Translations under genes and position numbers: made by a program
Shown: in pieces, positions 1 to 12,581 of the stretch
How positions within the stretch are numbered: the first letter of the stretch is position 1
Layout: every line of letters starts with the position of its first letter
DNA from: an uncultured archaeon
GTDB taxonomy: Archaea > Altiarchaeota > Altiarchaeia > IMC4 > SCGC-AAA252-I15
Length of the DNA stretch: 64,000 bases
Reading direction: 5' to 3'
Assembly (NCBI GenBank): GCA_964587725.1
Contig: CAZPLO010000005.1
Coordinates: 20,774-84,773 of the forward strand
The notes under the pieces: model-generated
Databases searched by the model: none
Told to the model about the DNA's origin: nothing
The model's input: only the letters and a program-made list of their open reading frames with translations

Positions 1-2952
<2,952 letters not shown>

Positions 2953-2994
2953 TAAATATGGGCAGGGTATATTAATAAACCCTGAAATCCCCTG

Positions 2995-3090
2995 TTAGGG
3001 CGTTATCAGGCTGCCTGCATCCACTATCAGGCTCAGCAGCACCAAGACCGCGCCCACCAGGACCATGGTGACATTCTGGGGCTTAATCAT
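2995..3090 (-). CDS. possible 31-aa hydrophobic small protein
   Basis: Manual translation MIKPQNVTMVLVGAVLVLLSLIVDAGSLITP*; fills the intergenic gap; below the ORF-track cutoff. Confidence 0.3.
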   Translation of the reverse strand: MIKPQNVTMVLVGAVLVLLSLIVDAGSLITP

Positions 3091-3148
3091 ATGATCCGGC
3101 TGATATAGGATTTGAGGGTTTAAAAATGCTGGATTCGAAAGTTGTTAC

Positions 3149-4774
3149 ATGCGTTTCCTGCGTGTGCTGGCGGCCCTGCTGGCCTTGACGGCGTGCGTTC
3201 AGGGCCAGGAATGGCCTGTGCTCCAGCAGAACCCCGCCCACACGGGCTTCAGCGGCGCTGAATCCTCCCTGAACTACAGCGACTACGGGGTGCTGTGGAC
3301 GTGGGAGACGGGCGGGCGGCTGCGTTACACGCCGTTGGCCGCCGACCTCAACGGCAACGGCTTCCTGGAGGTAGTGTATGCCACCTTCGACGGGGTGGTG
3401 TATGCGGTGAACGCCGACGGCACTTTAATGTGGTCTTACGACGCCGGCGTTCCCGTTACGTCGTCGCCCGCGGTCGGAAGCACCGGCGGGGGCAGGTTTG
3501 TTGTGTTCCTCGACGGAGACGCCAGGGTCACCGTGTTGGATTCCTCTGGAGGGGTTGCTTCATCGTATCCTGTCCAGGTGAGGCAGGCCAGTGTGTCGGC
3601 CGCGGACCTGGACGGCGACGGTACGTCGGAGGTCATAGTCGGGTCCTCAGTGTGGAGCGTTGACGGGATACCCCTTGATTACTCTCAGGCCGATCTGACG
3701 GCGGCGGGCGTCGCTGCGGGATACGACGTGGTGGCGGACGTGAACGCCGACGGAGTGTATGAGCGGATGCGGGGGGAGTTGTCCAGGATGCCCCTGGCCG
3801 GGGACTTGGACGGAGACGGCAGATTGGAGACTGTGCGTTTCATCGAGGACGTATTGACCGGCGCCACCAACGTGGTGGTCTACGACTGGAGGCAGAATGC
3901 CCTGCACTCTTTCAACGGCAGCGGAGTCACCTCGCCGTTGACCGCCGCCGACCTGGACGGTGACGGGAGGTTAGAGGTGATTTACTGCTCTGGAGGCGTC
4001 GTGTCGGCGGTCGACACCTTCGGCAGTAAAGCGTTCAGCCGCCGGGTGCTGGAGGGCAGGTGCGCCTACGTGTTCCCCGCCGACTTGAACCTGGACGGAC
4101 GCCTGGAGCTGGTCGCCGCCTCCGAGAAACACATACGGGTGGTGGGGGTATTGGTCGACAGCGACGGCGACGGCCTGATAGACTACACGGAGGACATGCG
4201 CGGCACCGACCGGTATCTGAGGGACAGCGACGGCGACGGCCTCGACGACATGCGCGACGAGTACCCCCTCGATCCCAGGAAGATAGAGGAGGCGGATGAG
4301 AAGAGCATTGAAACCACGTTGTACGACATAGCCGAGGTAATAGCGGGCGTCGGGCTGGTGGGCGTGTTCATAGTTCTTTTGTTCAGGGGCCTGTCCAGTC
4401 TGGCGGAGTCGAAGGCCCTGGAGAAGACCGGTGTGGGGGGGCTGGTGAAAAAACTGAGGAAGGAGGAGGTGCGTGAGTCGGAGGACAGCTACTCCCGCTC
4501 CTACTTCAAACGCGGCAGGAACCTGGAGAAGGACTGGGAGGATGTGCTGCTGTCGGAGTACGACGGCGAGGACATAAGTCTGGCGAAGGAGCTGCTGTCC
4601 CTGGTGATGATGGGGCCAGTGCCGTCTGACGACGCCGCCGAGAAACTGAGGGTGAGCAAGATAAAGCTGGCGAAGTACGCGACCGTGCTGGAGGAGAAGG
4701 GCTACGTCGTAATCGACTCCAGCAGGGACAGGAGCAACCCCGTGCTGCGACCGGGAGACAGGCTTACTTCTTGA
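3149..4774 (+). CDS. secreted FG-GAP/PQQ-like beta-propeller protein with Ca-binding DSDGDG repeats, TM helix and C-terminal wHTH-like domain
   Basis: Signal peptide, WPVLQQNPAHTG, repeated ADLDGDGRLE, DSDGDGL x2, TM (VIAGVGLVGVFIVLLF), C-terminal AAEKLRVSKIKLAKYATVLEEKGYV. Confidence 0.8.
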   Translation: MRFLRVLAALLALTACVQGQEWPVLQQNPAHTGFSGAESSLNYSDYGVLWTWETGGRLRYTPLAADLNGNGFLEVVYATFDGVVYAVNADGTLMWSYDAGVPVTSSPAVGSTGGGRFVVFLDGDARVTVLDSSGGVASSYPVQVRQASVSAADLDGDGTSEVIVGSSVWSVDGIPLDYSQADLTAAGVAAGYDVVADVNADGVYERMRGELSRMPLAGDLDGDGRLETVRFIEDVLTGATNVVVYDWRQNALHSFNGSGVTSPLTAADLDGDGRLEVIYCSGGVVSAVDTFGSKAFSRRVLEGRCAYVFPADLNLDGRLELVAASEKHIRVVGVLVDSDGDGLIDYTEDMRGTDRYLRDSDGDGLDDMRDEYPLDPRKIEEADEKSIETTLYDIAEVIAGVGLVGVFIVLLFRGLSSLAESKALEKTGVGGLVKKLRKEEVRESEDSYSRSYFKRGRNLEKDWEDVLLSEYDGEDISLAKELLSLVMMGPVPSDDAAEKLRVSKIKLAKYATVLEEKGYVVIDSSRDRSNPVLRPGDRLTS

Positions 4775-5486
4775 GCTTACCCTCCACCAGGTCCGTCAGC
4801 CGCTCGACGGCCCGGAGTATCTCTATGGGGATGGCGTAGACTACGGTGCCGGACCGGTCCGAAGACAAATCGTTTATGGAATGAAGGGTCCTCAGGTGCA
4901 GGGCTCCGGGGTTGGTGTAGAGTGTCTTGGCTGCTTTGGCTATGTTCTTGGCGGCAATCATCTCCCCCTCGGAGTTGATGATGACCCCCCGTTTCTCTCT
5001 TTCTGCTTCAGCCTGCTTGGCCATGGTCCGCTTCAGGTTCTCCGGCAACTCAATGTCCTGCAACTCGATGGCGGTCACCTTAATCCCCCAGGGGTCGGTT
5101 GCGACATCCACTATCTCCCGGAGTTTGTCCGCTATCTTCTGCCGTTCGCTCAGCAGCTCATCCAGGCTCACCTCACCGGCCACGTTCCTGAGCGACGTCT
5201 GGGCGTACTTTGAGGTGGCGTAGACGTACTCCCTTATGTTGAGTATCGCGTTCTCTGGGTTGAACACCTTGAAGTAGATTACGGCGTTCAAGTTGACGGG
5301 GACGTTGTCCTGGGTCATGACCTCCTGCTTCGGTATGTCTATGGTCTTGACCCTCATGTCCACCACCGCCAGGCTGTGGTAGATGGGGATGATGATGTGG
5401 AGTCCGGGCTCCAGTATCCCCGCGTATTTCCCGAAGCGGAACAGCACCCCCTTCTCGTATTCGTTTATGACTCTGAAGAACAGCAT
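4764..5486 (-). CDS. SPFH/band 7 (stomatin/slipin) family protein
   Basis: YEKGVLFRFGK, VDMRVKTIDIPKQEVMTQDNV, QAEAEREKR, ALHLRTL. Confidence 0.93.
   Translation of the reverse strand: MLFFRVINEYEKGVLFRFGKYAGILEPGLHIIIPIYHSLAVVDMRVKTIDIPKQEVMTQDNVPVNLNAVIYFKVFNPENAILNIREYVYATSKYAQTSLRNVAGEVSLDELLSERQKIADKLREIVDVATDPWGIKVTAIELQDIELPENLKRTMAKQAEAEREKRGVIINSEGEMIAAKNIAKAAKTLYTNPGALHLRTLHSINDLSSDRSGTVVYAIPIEILRAVERLTDLVEGKLKK
4990..5075. repeat. 86-bp perfect direct repeat, second copy at 5687-5772, inside the two stomatin paralogues
   Basis: Base-by-base comparison; offset 697 bp. Confidence 0.9.
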
Positions 5487-5487
5487 C

Positions 5488-6270
5488 TTAGTCCACCTCC
5501 TCCAGCGCCTTCAAAACCTCCAGTGGGACGAACAAATGAACGGTGTTTGACTGGTCCGAGGACATGTCGTTGAGCGCGTGCAGGGACCGGAGGTGGAGGG
5601 CGCCCTTCTGGCCGTATAGCGTCTGAGCCGCCTTAGCCAGGTTTTCAGAGGCCACCACTTCCCCTTCCGCCTTGATTATGGTGGCTCGTTTCTCTCTTTC
5701 TGCTTCAGCCTGCTTGGCCATGGTCCGCTTCAGGTTCTCCGGCAACTCAATGTCCTGCAACTCGATGGCGGTGACGTCTATGCCCCACGGGTCCGTGGCC
5801 ACGTCCACTATCTCCCGGAGTTTGTTGGCTATCTCCTGTCTTTCACTCAATAGTTGGTCGAGGCTGGCTTCGCCGGCTACGTTGCGCAGCGACGTTTGAC
5901 CGTATTTCGAGACCGCATACATGTAGTCTTCCACGTTGAGGAACGCCTTCTGCGGATCCAGCACCCTGAAGTATATGACCGCGTTGACTTTGACGGGGAC
6001 GTTGTCTTGGGTCATGACCTCCTGCTTGGGCACGTCAACGGTCATGATGCGCAGGTCCATCTTCACCAGGCGGTGGTAGAAGGGTATGATTACGTTCAAT
6101 CCTGGCCCCCTGATGCCCCTGTATTTTCCGAAGGCGAGGAGGATGCCGCGTTCGTATTGCTTGATTATCTTGAAGAACATTGAGAGTATGCCCAGTATGA
6201 ACGGGGAGCCGAATATGAGTAATGGTATGCCCATGAACAGCAGGGTGAATATCACGTCCACTACGGCCAT
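5488..6270 (-). CDS. SPFH/band 7 (stomatin/slipin) family protein with N-terminal TM segment
   Basis: Same motifs as the downstream paralogue plus a hydrophobic N-terminus. Confidence 0.93.
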   Translation of the reverse strand: MAVVDVIFTLLFMGIPLLIFGSPFILGILSMFFKIIKQYERGILLAFGKYRGIRGPGLNVIIPFYHRLVKMDLRIMTVDVPKQEVMTQDNVPVKVNAVIYFRVLDPQKAFLNVEDYMYAVSKYGQTSLRNVAGEASLDQLLSERQEIANKLREIVDVATDPWGIDVTAIELQDIELPENLKRTMAKQAEAEREKRATIIKAEGEVVASENLAKAAQTLYGQKGALHLRSLHALNDMSSDQSNTVHLFVPLEVLKALEEVD

Positions 6271-6332
6271 GGTGTATATTTCGCCGGAGCGGTATATAAG
6301 CTTTTTATAACCGTACTGCCATTGCTTAAAGG

Positions 6333-7004
6333 TTGCTTATGAACTTGGAGGAGAAGACGAATCTGATGCTGGGTTTGTTCGTTGCGTCGTTGATTGCCGC
6401 GAACCTCATAGGCACGAAGGTGGCGCACGTGTTCTTCGACTTCAGCGTCGGCATATTCGCCTACCCCCTTACGTTTCTGATAACCGACATCGTGGAGGAA
6501 GTCCACGGGAAGGAGAAGACGAGGCAGTTCATGCACGTGGGGCTCGCGTGCCTGGTGTTCGTGCTGGCGATGACCGCATTGGCGGTGGGGTTGCCTTTCG
6601 CTGAAAGGAGTTTCGTGAAGGAGGACTACACCAACGTGTTCGGCACCACCCTCCGCATTTTCCTGGCGAGCATCACCGCGTTCGCGATAAGCCAGAGCCA
6701 CGACATCTGGGCGTTTAACTTCTGGAGGCAGAGGACCCATGGGAGGTACCTGTGGCTCCGGAACAACGCGTCCACCGTCGTCAGCCAGCTGATTGACACC
6801 ACATTGTTCATGTTCATAGCATTCTATTACCTGCCTTTCATCCCGGAGACCTTCAACACGTCCCCGAAGTTCACGGTCGCGTACGTGTTCACGCTGATTA
6901 TACCGTATTGGCTGCTGAAGGTTGCGGTGGCGCTGTTCGACACCCCATTCTGCTACCTTGGTGTGGCGTGGCTCAGCGGAAGTAGTCCTCGAGAACCAGA
7001 ATAA
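6333..7004 (+). CDS. YhhQ/VUT family preQ0/preQ1 precursor transporter
   Basis: ANLIGTKV, YPLTFLITDIVEEVHG, LWLRNNASTVVSQLIDT, ALFDTPF. Confidence 0.88.
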   Translation: MLMNLEEKTNLMLGLFVASLIAANLIGTKVAHVFFDFSVGIFAYPLTFLITDIVEEVHGKEKTRQFMHVGLACLVFVLAMTALAVGLPFAERSFVKEDYTNVFGTTLRIFLASITAFAISQSHDIWAFNFWRQRTHGRYLWLRNNASTVVSQLIDTTLFMFIAFYYLPFIPETFNTSPKFTVAYVFTLIIPYWLLKVAVALFDTPFCYLGVAWLSGSSPREPE

Positions 7005-7173
7005 CCTGCTGCCGGTCCTCGTCCTCCATGTACGGGCAGTCGTACGGGTCCCTGCCCTTAAGCAGGGCTTTCGCGAACAGCATGCACTTGGGGAGGCCGC
7101 ACGGCGACTTCTCCCCGCAGTCCCTGCCCGGGAGGAGCTTGTATATCTCCGCCGCCGTGTCGCCCTCGTTCAC
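6973..7173 (-). CDS. small putative Fe-S cluster domain protein
   Basis: LLPGRDCG...CGLPKCMLFA..LL.G....CPY, resembling the RnfB/CdhE N-terminal FeS domain. Confidence 0.75.
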   Translation of the reverse strand: MNEGDTAAEIYKLLPGRDCGEKSPCGLPKCMLFAKALLKGRDPYDCPYMEDEDRQQVILVLEDYFR

Positions 7174-8294
7174 CCCAGCACCTCACAGAGTATGTCAACC
7201 GCCTCGTCGACGTGCTTTTTTTCGATTATCAGCGGCGGGAGCAGGCGGAGGGTGTCTCCGCTGTATATCACCAGCAAGCCTTTTTCAATCAGCTCCAGGG
7301 TTTTCTTCCGCCCGTCGTCGACGTCGACTCCAACCATGAGTCCGCGGCCGTGCGTATCATACGGAAGCTTCTTCACCATGTAATCTCCCATTTCACGGGC
7401 GTTGTCGACCAAATGCTCCTCTTCGATGACGTCCAAGACTGTGTTGGCTGCGGCGCATGCGAGGGGGCTGCCGTTGAATGTGCCCCCATGCTGTCCCGCC
7501 TCGAAGTCCATCCCACTGTATAACGTTGCGCCTATTGGGTAGCCTGAGCCCATGCCCTTCGCGACCACCAGTATGTCCGGGTTTATGTCGGCGCGGTGAA
7601 AGTCGAACCATTGTCCGGTGCGGCCGAACCCGGTCTGCACCTCATCCACTACCATCAACACGTCTTTTTCCTCGGTGACCTCCCGCACCCCCTTGAGGTA
7701 GTCGTCGTCGGGGACGATGATGCCGCCCTCCCCCTGTATGGGCTCCACTATGACGGCGGCGGTGTCGTCTGTGATGGTTTCATCCAGTGATTCGATGCTC
7801 CCGTAGTCGGCGAACTTGAACCCCGGCACCAGCGGCTGGAACGGTTTCTTGTAGTTTTCCTTCCACGTCGCCGACAGCGCGCCCATGGTGCGGCCGTGGA
7901 AGCTGTTTTTCATGGATATTATCTCTTTTTTGCGGGTGTGTTTGCGCGCCAGCTTGAACGCGGTTTCAACCGCTCCGCTGCCGTCGTTGCTGTAAAAAAG
8001 GCGTTCCATGCCGGTGAGCTTGCACAACCGTTCCGCCAGCGTCAGCTGCGGCTCCGTGTAAAACCAGTTGCTGGCGTGCATCAGCTTCGACGCCTGCTCC
8101 TCCAATGCCTTCACCATGCGGGGGTGGTTGTGTCCGAGCGCCGACACCGCTATGCCCGCGTAGAAGTCCAAGTACTTTTTGCCGGCGTCGTCGTATGCGT
8201 ACGCGCCTTCGCCGCGAACCAGCAGCACCGGCAGGCGGTTGAACACCTGCGCGAAGTGTTTGTGCTCCAGTGCGACGGCTTCCTCGTAGTCCAT
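7170..8294 (-). CDS. argD: acetylornithine-type class III aminotransferase (ArgD/LysJ family)
   Basis: YLDFYAGIAVSALGH, FHGRTMG, EPIQGEGG, DEVQTGFGRTG, AKG lysine, HGGTFNG. Confidence 0.85.
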   Translation of the reverse strand: MDYEEAVALEHKHFAQVFNRLPVLLVRGEGAYAYDDAGKKYLDFYAGIAVSALGHNHPRMVKALEEQASKLMHASNWFYTEPQLTLAERLCKLTGMERLFYSNDGSGAVETAFKLARKHTRKKEIISMKNSFHGRTMGALSATWKENYKKPFQPLVPGFKFADYGSIESLDETITDDTAAVIVEPIQGEGGIIVPDDDYLKGVREVTEEKDVLMVVDEVQTGFGRTGQWFDFHRADINPDILVVAKGMGSGYPIGATLYSGMDFEAGQHGGTFNGSPLACAAANTVLDVIEEEHLVDNAREMGDYMVKKLPYDTHGRGLMVGVDVDDGRKKTLELIEKGLLVIYSGDTLRLLPPLIIEKKHVDEAVDILCEVLG

Positions 8295-8344
8295 CTCCCC
8301 TCTTATATTGGGTTTTTCTTATTATTAGTATCCGTTAAAATAAG

Positions 8345-9148
8345 ATGGGGTCCTTGGAGCGTTTGAAGGGTTTGTGGAGGGGGTTCAGCTCGTGGGTCGG
8401 CGGGTGCTGGAACATGTTCCTGAACATGCTTCCGGAGGGTCTGCGGCCGTGGGTGGCGGACGCCGCCGACGTGGTTAAGACCGTGCTCATAGCCATCGTG
8501 GTGTTGAAGCTGCTGTTCGGAGCGGACATGCTGGTTCCCCTAGTGGTGGTGACCTCCAGCAGCATGGTGCATGAGCCCGGGGACAGCAGCTGGCGGGCGT
8601 GGATGACCGGCCGCGGCATATCCGACGACCGGGTGGATTCGTTTCCAATGCAGGGTGGCTTCAACATGGGGGACATGATACTGGTGAAGAACCCGGAGGC
8701 GGGGTTGGGGGATGTGGTAATCTATGAGCGGGACTTCCACCACCTCCACTTCGAAAGCACCGACCCCATAATACACCGGGTGGTGGGCGTCGCATACGTC
8801 CGGGGTTACGTGCCCGTGGACAGCGACGGCACGCTCGACTGCCTCACCCTGGATGGCTTGAAGCCGTATGCGGAGCTGGTGCGTGACTGCCATAGGGGGG
8901 TGGAGGACTGCCCTTACCCCGACTACCCCGTCGGCGGCGACTTCAGATTCTTCATAACCAAGGGGGACCACAACACCGGCACCGACCAGTGCAGCAGCCG
9001 CCTCAACATATCGTATCCCGTGAACGAGGAGCAGGTGAAGGGCCGGGCGCTGCTGCGGCTCCCCTACCTGGGGTGGCTTAAGCTGCTCCTCAACTTCATC
9101 ATAAGCATTCCCGTGTACGTGTTCAGGCTGCTGACGCTGCAGTTTTAA
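8345..9148 (+). CDS. archaeal signal peptidase I (Sec11/S26 family) with Cys-containing insertion
   Basis: VVTSSSM (Ser), GD, IIHRVV (His), FITKGDHN, C-terminal PYLGWLKL. Confidence 0.85.
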   Translation: MGSLERLKGLWRGFSSWVGGCWNMFLNMLPEGLRPWVADAADVVKTVLIAIVVLKLLFGADMLVPLVVVTSSSMVHEPGDSSWRAWMTGRGISDDRVDSFPMQGGFNMGDMILVKNPEAGLGDVVIYERDFHHLHFESTDPIIHRVVGVAYVRGYVPVDSDGTLDCLTLDGLKPYAELVRDCHRGVEDCPYPDYPVGGDFRFFITKGDHNTGTDQCSSRLNISYPVNEEQVKGRALLRLPYLGWLKLLLNFIISIPVYVFRLLTLQF

Positions 9149-9149
9149 G

Positions 9150-9782
9150 ATGAGAATCCGGGACCCCCTCGTGTACGCGGCGGCGTTCTACTTCATACTG
9201 TTCAGCTCATTGCTTGTTCACGAGTTCGGGCACGTGTATTCGGCGCAGTACATCACCAAGGACTGCATGTTCACCGAAACGCACCTGACCTTCGATTTGC
9301 TGGTTCTCCGGCGCGGCGGCATGACCTACTTCACCTGCAGCCACGGCGTGGAGCCGTACGAGCCGCCTCTGCTGGATGTCGACCTCGGGGACCCCACCGC
9401 CCCCACCGTCACATACTCGGTGGGGGAGGCCAGGGGGGTTCGCCTGCTGACCAGCCCCTTGACGACGGGGTGGTTCACTGCCTTGATGGGGCCGGCGCTG
9501 GAGCTCATATACGTGACCTGGATTGTCCACTGGCTGGCGGACCGGTTCAAACAGATTAGGGTGATTAAGGCGTCGTACCTGATTTTTTTGTTCATGATTT
9601 TCGTGAGCAGCCGCATGGACTTCCAGCAGGCGGTGCCCGCGGAGGGGGCGGTTCTGTTCATTGCCGGCTACTTCACGGCCTACATGGTGATTGCGCTGAC
9701 GCACGTGACGTTGAACACCCAATACTACCGGAGCCTGACGAAGTCGATGGCCTACTCCGTCACCGAACGGGTTGAGCTGTGA
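9150..9782 (+). CDS. M50-like membrane metalloprotease/zincin
   Basis: HEFGH in a TM helix, ALMGP motif, multiple TM segments. Confidence 0.65.
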   Translation: MRIRDPLVYAAAFYFILFSSLLVHEFGHVYSAQYITKDCMFTETHLTFDLLVLRRGGMTYFTCSHGVEPYEPPLLDVDLGDPTAPTVTYSVGEARGVRLLTSPLTTGWFTALMGPALELIYVTWIVHWLADRFKQIRVIKASYLIFLFMIFVSSRMDFQQAVPAEGAVLFIAGYFTAYMVIALTHVTLNTQYYRSLTKSMAYSVTERVEL

Positions 9783-9808
9783 ATTTTATTGTGTGACTCA
9801 CATGTGAT

Positions 9809-12064
9809 ATGAGTATGCGTCTGCTTGGGTTGGAGCTGGAGAACTGGGGCTGCCACGGCAGCCTTCAGGTTGATTTGGGGAGCGGGCTGCAGATTGAGGG
9901 CCGGAACGGCACCGGCAAAAGCAGCATCCTGGAGGCGCTGCGTTTCATCTTCAAGGAGACGGCGAGGGGCTACACGAACCGGGTGAAAAACGGTGAGCGC
10001 GAGGCCTTCGTTAAACTGACGTTCGAACACGAGGGCGTTACGTATGCGGTCGAGAAGCGCCTGTATGTGGACAAGCCGTCGCAGGCCCTGATGCTGGCGG
10101 GGGAGACGCAGGTGGCGGACAACCCGTCGAGCGTCTACGACCGCCTGCAGAACATATTGTCGGAGGAGGTGTTGGACAAGCTCCTGTATATTCCGCAGGG
10201 GGGGTTGACCGCCGTGTTGGACAGGCTGTCGGGGAAGGACGGTAAACTGGAGATGGACCGCCTCTTCGGCCTGGACCGGCTGGAGCGGGTGTGGGAGCGG
10301 GCGGGGCAGGAGATTCAGGAGGAGGCGGCCCGCCTTCAGGTATTGTCGGATGAGTTGAAGAAGCACCCCGACGACGCCGGCGAATACGGGCGGCTGCTGG
10401 AGGAATACAGTGCGCGGGAGCGGGAGCTGAAGCAGCGTTCAGACACCGCCGAAAAAGACCTTGATAAAATCCTATCCAACCTGAAGTCGAAGGAGGAGTC
10501 GCTGAAGTCTTTGGAGTCTGCGCGGAAGGAACGGGACTCGCTGACGAAGGAGGTTTCCGTCGTTCAGGTGAAGTTGGCGGAAGCCAACAAGGGCTTGGAG
10601 TCCGTCGGCAAACGGCTGAAGGAGCTGGGTGAACGCCGCCGCGAACTTGAAGGCCTTTCCGCCGCGCTGAAGTCCCTGGAAAAGTACAAGAGCATACGGG
10701 AGCTGCTGCAGGAGCTGAAGTCGGTGGATGGGGGGCTCGACGGCTTGAAGGATTTGCGCGACAAAAAGCAGTCCCTCGATTCCCTGGAGAAACACCTTCA
10801 GGGGAAGGCCGCCGCAGAAGAAGCCCTTTCACGGCTCCGTGATTCGGTGAGGAAGCTGGAGGAGGATTACGCGGCCCGCAAGGCCGACCTGGAGCAGGCG
10901 GCAAAATACTATAAGGAGTTGGGGGGTTTGGACGGCCACGTTAAGTGCCCGCGGTGCGGGCAGAAACTGAACGCCTTCATCATCGAGCGGGAGACGAAGG
11001 AGACGGCGGTGAAGATTAAAGGCCTTGAAGAGTACCGTGTGAAGGTTGAAACCCGGCTGAAATCCGCTTCACAGGAGCTGAAGAAGCAGGAGGAGTCGGT
11101 TGAGGAGCTGCGGCGCATGGAGGCTGAGGCCAGGGTGCTGCGGAAGGACGTCGGCGAGCGTGAGAAACGGGTTGTTTCACTGATGGAGTCCGCCGACGGG
11201 GTTCGGAAACGCCTTTCTCAGGCGGGGTACGGCGGGGAGAAACCTGCGGTGGTGGAGGAGAACTACAGCGAGTATAACCGCCTGTCCGGGAGGGTGCAGT
11301 CCCTGCGGAGGGAGGTTGAGGAGGCGGCTTCGTTGGAGGCGGAGCGCGGGCAGCTGCTGGGTGAACGCGACCTGCTGAACAAGCGGGCGGCGGAGGTGGA
11401 GGAGGCTGTTTCAACCCTGGATTACAGTCCGGAAGCCCATGAGCGGGCGTCCAAAGAGCGTGATATGCTGTCGGAGACCCGGTACGGCCTGGAGTCGGAT
11501 TTGAAGAATCTGGAGGGGGAGCTGCGGCGCCTCGGGGAGGACCGTAAGATGGTGGAGGAGAAGCTGGCTGCCTATACGGGCCTGCTGGACCGCCACACAA
11601 CCTCTAAGAAGCGTGTGGGGCTGTTGAGGGCGGCCCGTGAGGTGTTCCACCGGGACAAGGGTCTGGTCCGGTACCTCCGGGAGACGTTCATCGAGCGTCT
11701 GAACCGTATGCTGACGGTGCATTTCAAGCGGTTCAACCAGAATCCAAGGTACGTGGATGTGCGGTTTGACCGGGATTATAACATCGTGTTCAAGACGACG
11801 TCTGGGGAGTTGTCTGTGGAGCAGGTGAGCGGGGGCGAACGCGTTCAGCTCGCTCTGGCGTTGCGCATCGCCTTAATCGACTTGATGTCCCCCGTTCCTC
11901 TTCTCATACTGGATGAGCCGTTCGGGAGCCTGGACGAGGTTCACCGTGAGTTGTTGGGTGAGGCGTTGAACAGGATTGGGGAGCAGGGTCAGCTGATATT
12001 GGTGACGCACGTGCGCGTGGACAGCCTTCAGCTGCGGAGTAGACTGGATTTGGGCGGGTACTAG
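9809..12064 (+). CDS. Rad50/SbcC-like SMC-family ATPase with zinc hook
   Basis: Walker A GRNGTGKSS, Q-loop PQG, central CPRC hook, signature VSGGE, Walker B ILDEP, H-loop VTH. Confidence 0.9.
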   Translation: MSMRLLGLELENWGCHGSLQVDLGSGLQIEGRNGTGKSSILEALRFIFKETARGYTNRVKNGEREAFVKLTFEHEGVTYAVEKRLYVDKPSQALMLAGETQVADNPSSVYDRLQNILSEEVLDKLLYIPQGGLTAVLDRLSGKDGKLEMDRLFGLDRLERVWERAGQEIQEEAARLQVLSDELKKHPDDAGEYGRLLEEYSARERELKQRSDTAEKDLDKILSNLKSKEESLKSLESARKERDSLTKEVSVVQVKLAEANKGLESVGKRLKELGERRRELEGLSAALKSLEKYKSIRELLQELKSVDGGLDGLKDLRDKKQSLDSLEKHLQGKAAAEEALSRLRDSVRKLEEDYAARKADLEQAAKYYKELGGLDGHVKCPRCGQKLNAFIIERETKETAVKIKGLEEYRVKVETRLKSASQELKKQEESVEELRRMEAEARVLRKDVGEREKRVVSLMESADGVRKRLSQAGYGGEKPAVVEENYSEYNRLSGRVQSLRREVEEAASLEAERGQLLGERDLLNKRAAEVEEAVSTLDYSPEAHERASKERDMLSETRYGLESDLKNLEGELRRLGEDRKMVEEKLAAYTGLLDRHTTSKKRVGLLRAAREVFHRDKGLVRYLRETFIERLNRMLTVHFKRFNQNPRYVDVRFDRDYNIVFKTTSGELSVEQVSGGERVQLALALRIALIDLMSPVPLLILDEPFGSLDEVHRELLGEALNRIGEQGQLILVTHVRVDSLQLRSRLDLGGY

Positions 12065-12107
12065 AAAAGTAAGGGTAAGAGAAAAAGAAGCCGGGTGGGC
12101 TCATGCG

Positions 12108-12242
12108 TTACATGAGTCCCATCAGCTTGAACACAACAACGGTCACCACTACGCCTACGACGAAGAAGATTATCCTGTCCTGGTGGCTTACTTCGTCGTG
12201 GACTATCGGGTGTTCCATTATTTTTGGTTGTTCCTCAGCCAT
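12108..12242 (-). CDS. 44-aa single-TM small protein
   Basis: Manual translation MAEEQPKIMEHPIVHDEVSHQDRIIFFVVGVVVTVVVFKLMGLM*, with a GAGGTGA RBS. Confidence 0.6.
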   Translation of the reverse strand: MAEEQPKIMEHPIVHDEVSHQDRIIFFVVGVVVTVVVFKLMGLM

Positions 12243-12262
12243 TTTTCACCTCACAATTATCC

Positions 12263-12502
12263 TCACTTGGTTTGTTTCATGAGCAGCTCGAAGCCTTTCA
12301 ATATTTTCGGGCCTAAGCCGGCGCTCATGAGCTTCAAATACACTGCGTCGTCTCCCCGCTTCCTCGCTTCCTCGTTGACTTTGTTGAGGAAGTACGTCAC
12401 TTGTCCGTGGGAGAGCTTCATCTTCCGGGCGACTTCGGCTTCCGTGTAGCCTAGTCCCCGGAGTTCAACAATCTTGGATTTCTGGAAGTCAGACAATACC
12501 AT
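12263..12502 (-). CDS. small HTH DNA-binding protein
   Basis: LSDFQKSKIVELRGLGYTEAEVARKMKLSHGQVTYFL. Confidence 0.75.
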   Translation of the reverse strand: MVLSDFQKSKIVELRGLGYTEAEVARKMKLSHGQVTYFLNKVNEEARKRGDDAVYLKLMSAGLGPKILKGFELLMKQTK

Positions 12503-12581
12503 ATCACATCACCACACTACGCCTACCACCTGTTTACAATTATTGCAATAACCCTTTAAATATTTGATAAAAAGGGGGGTG

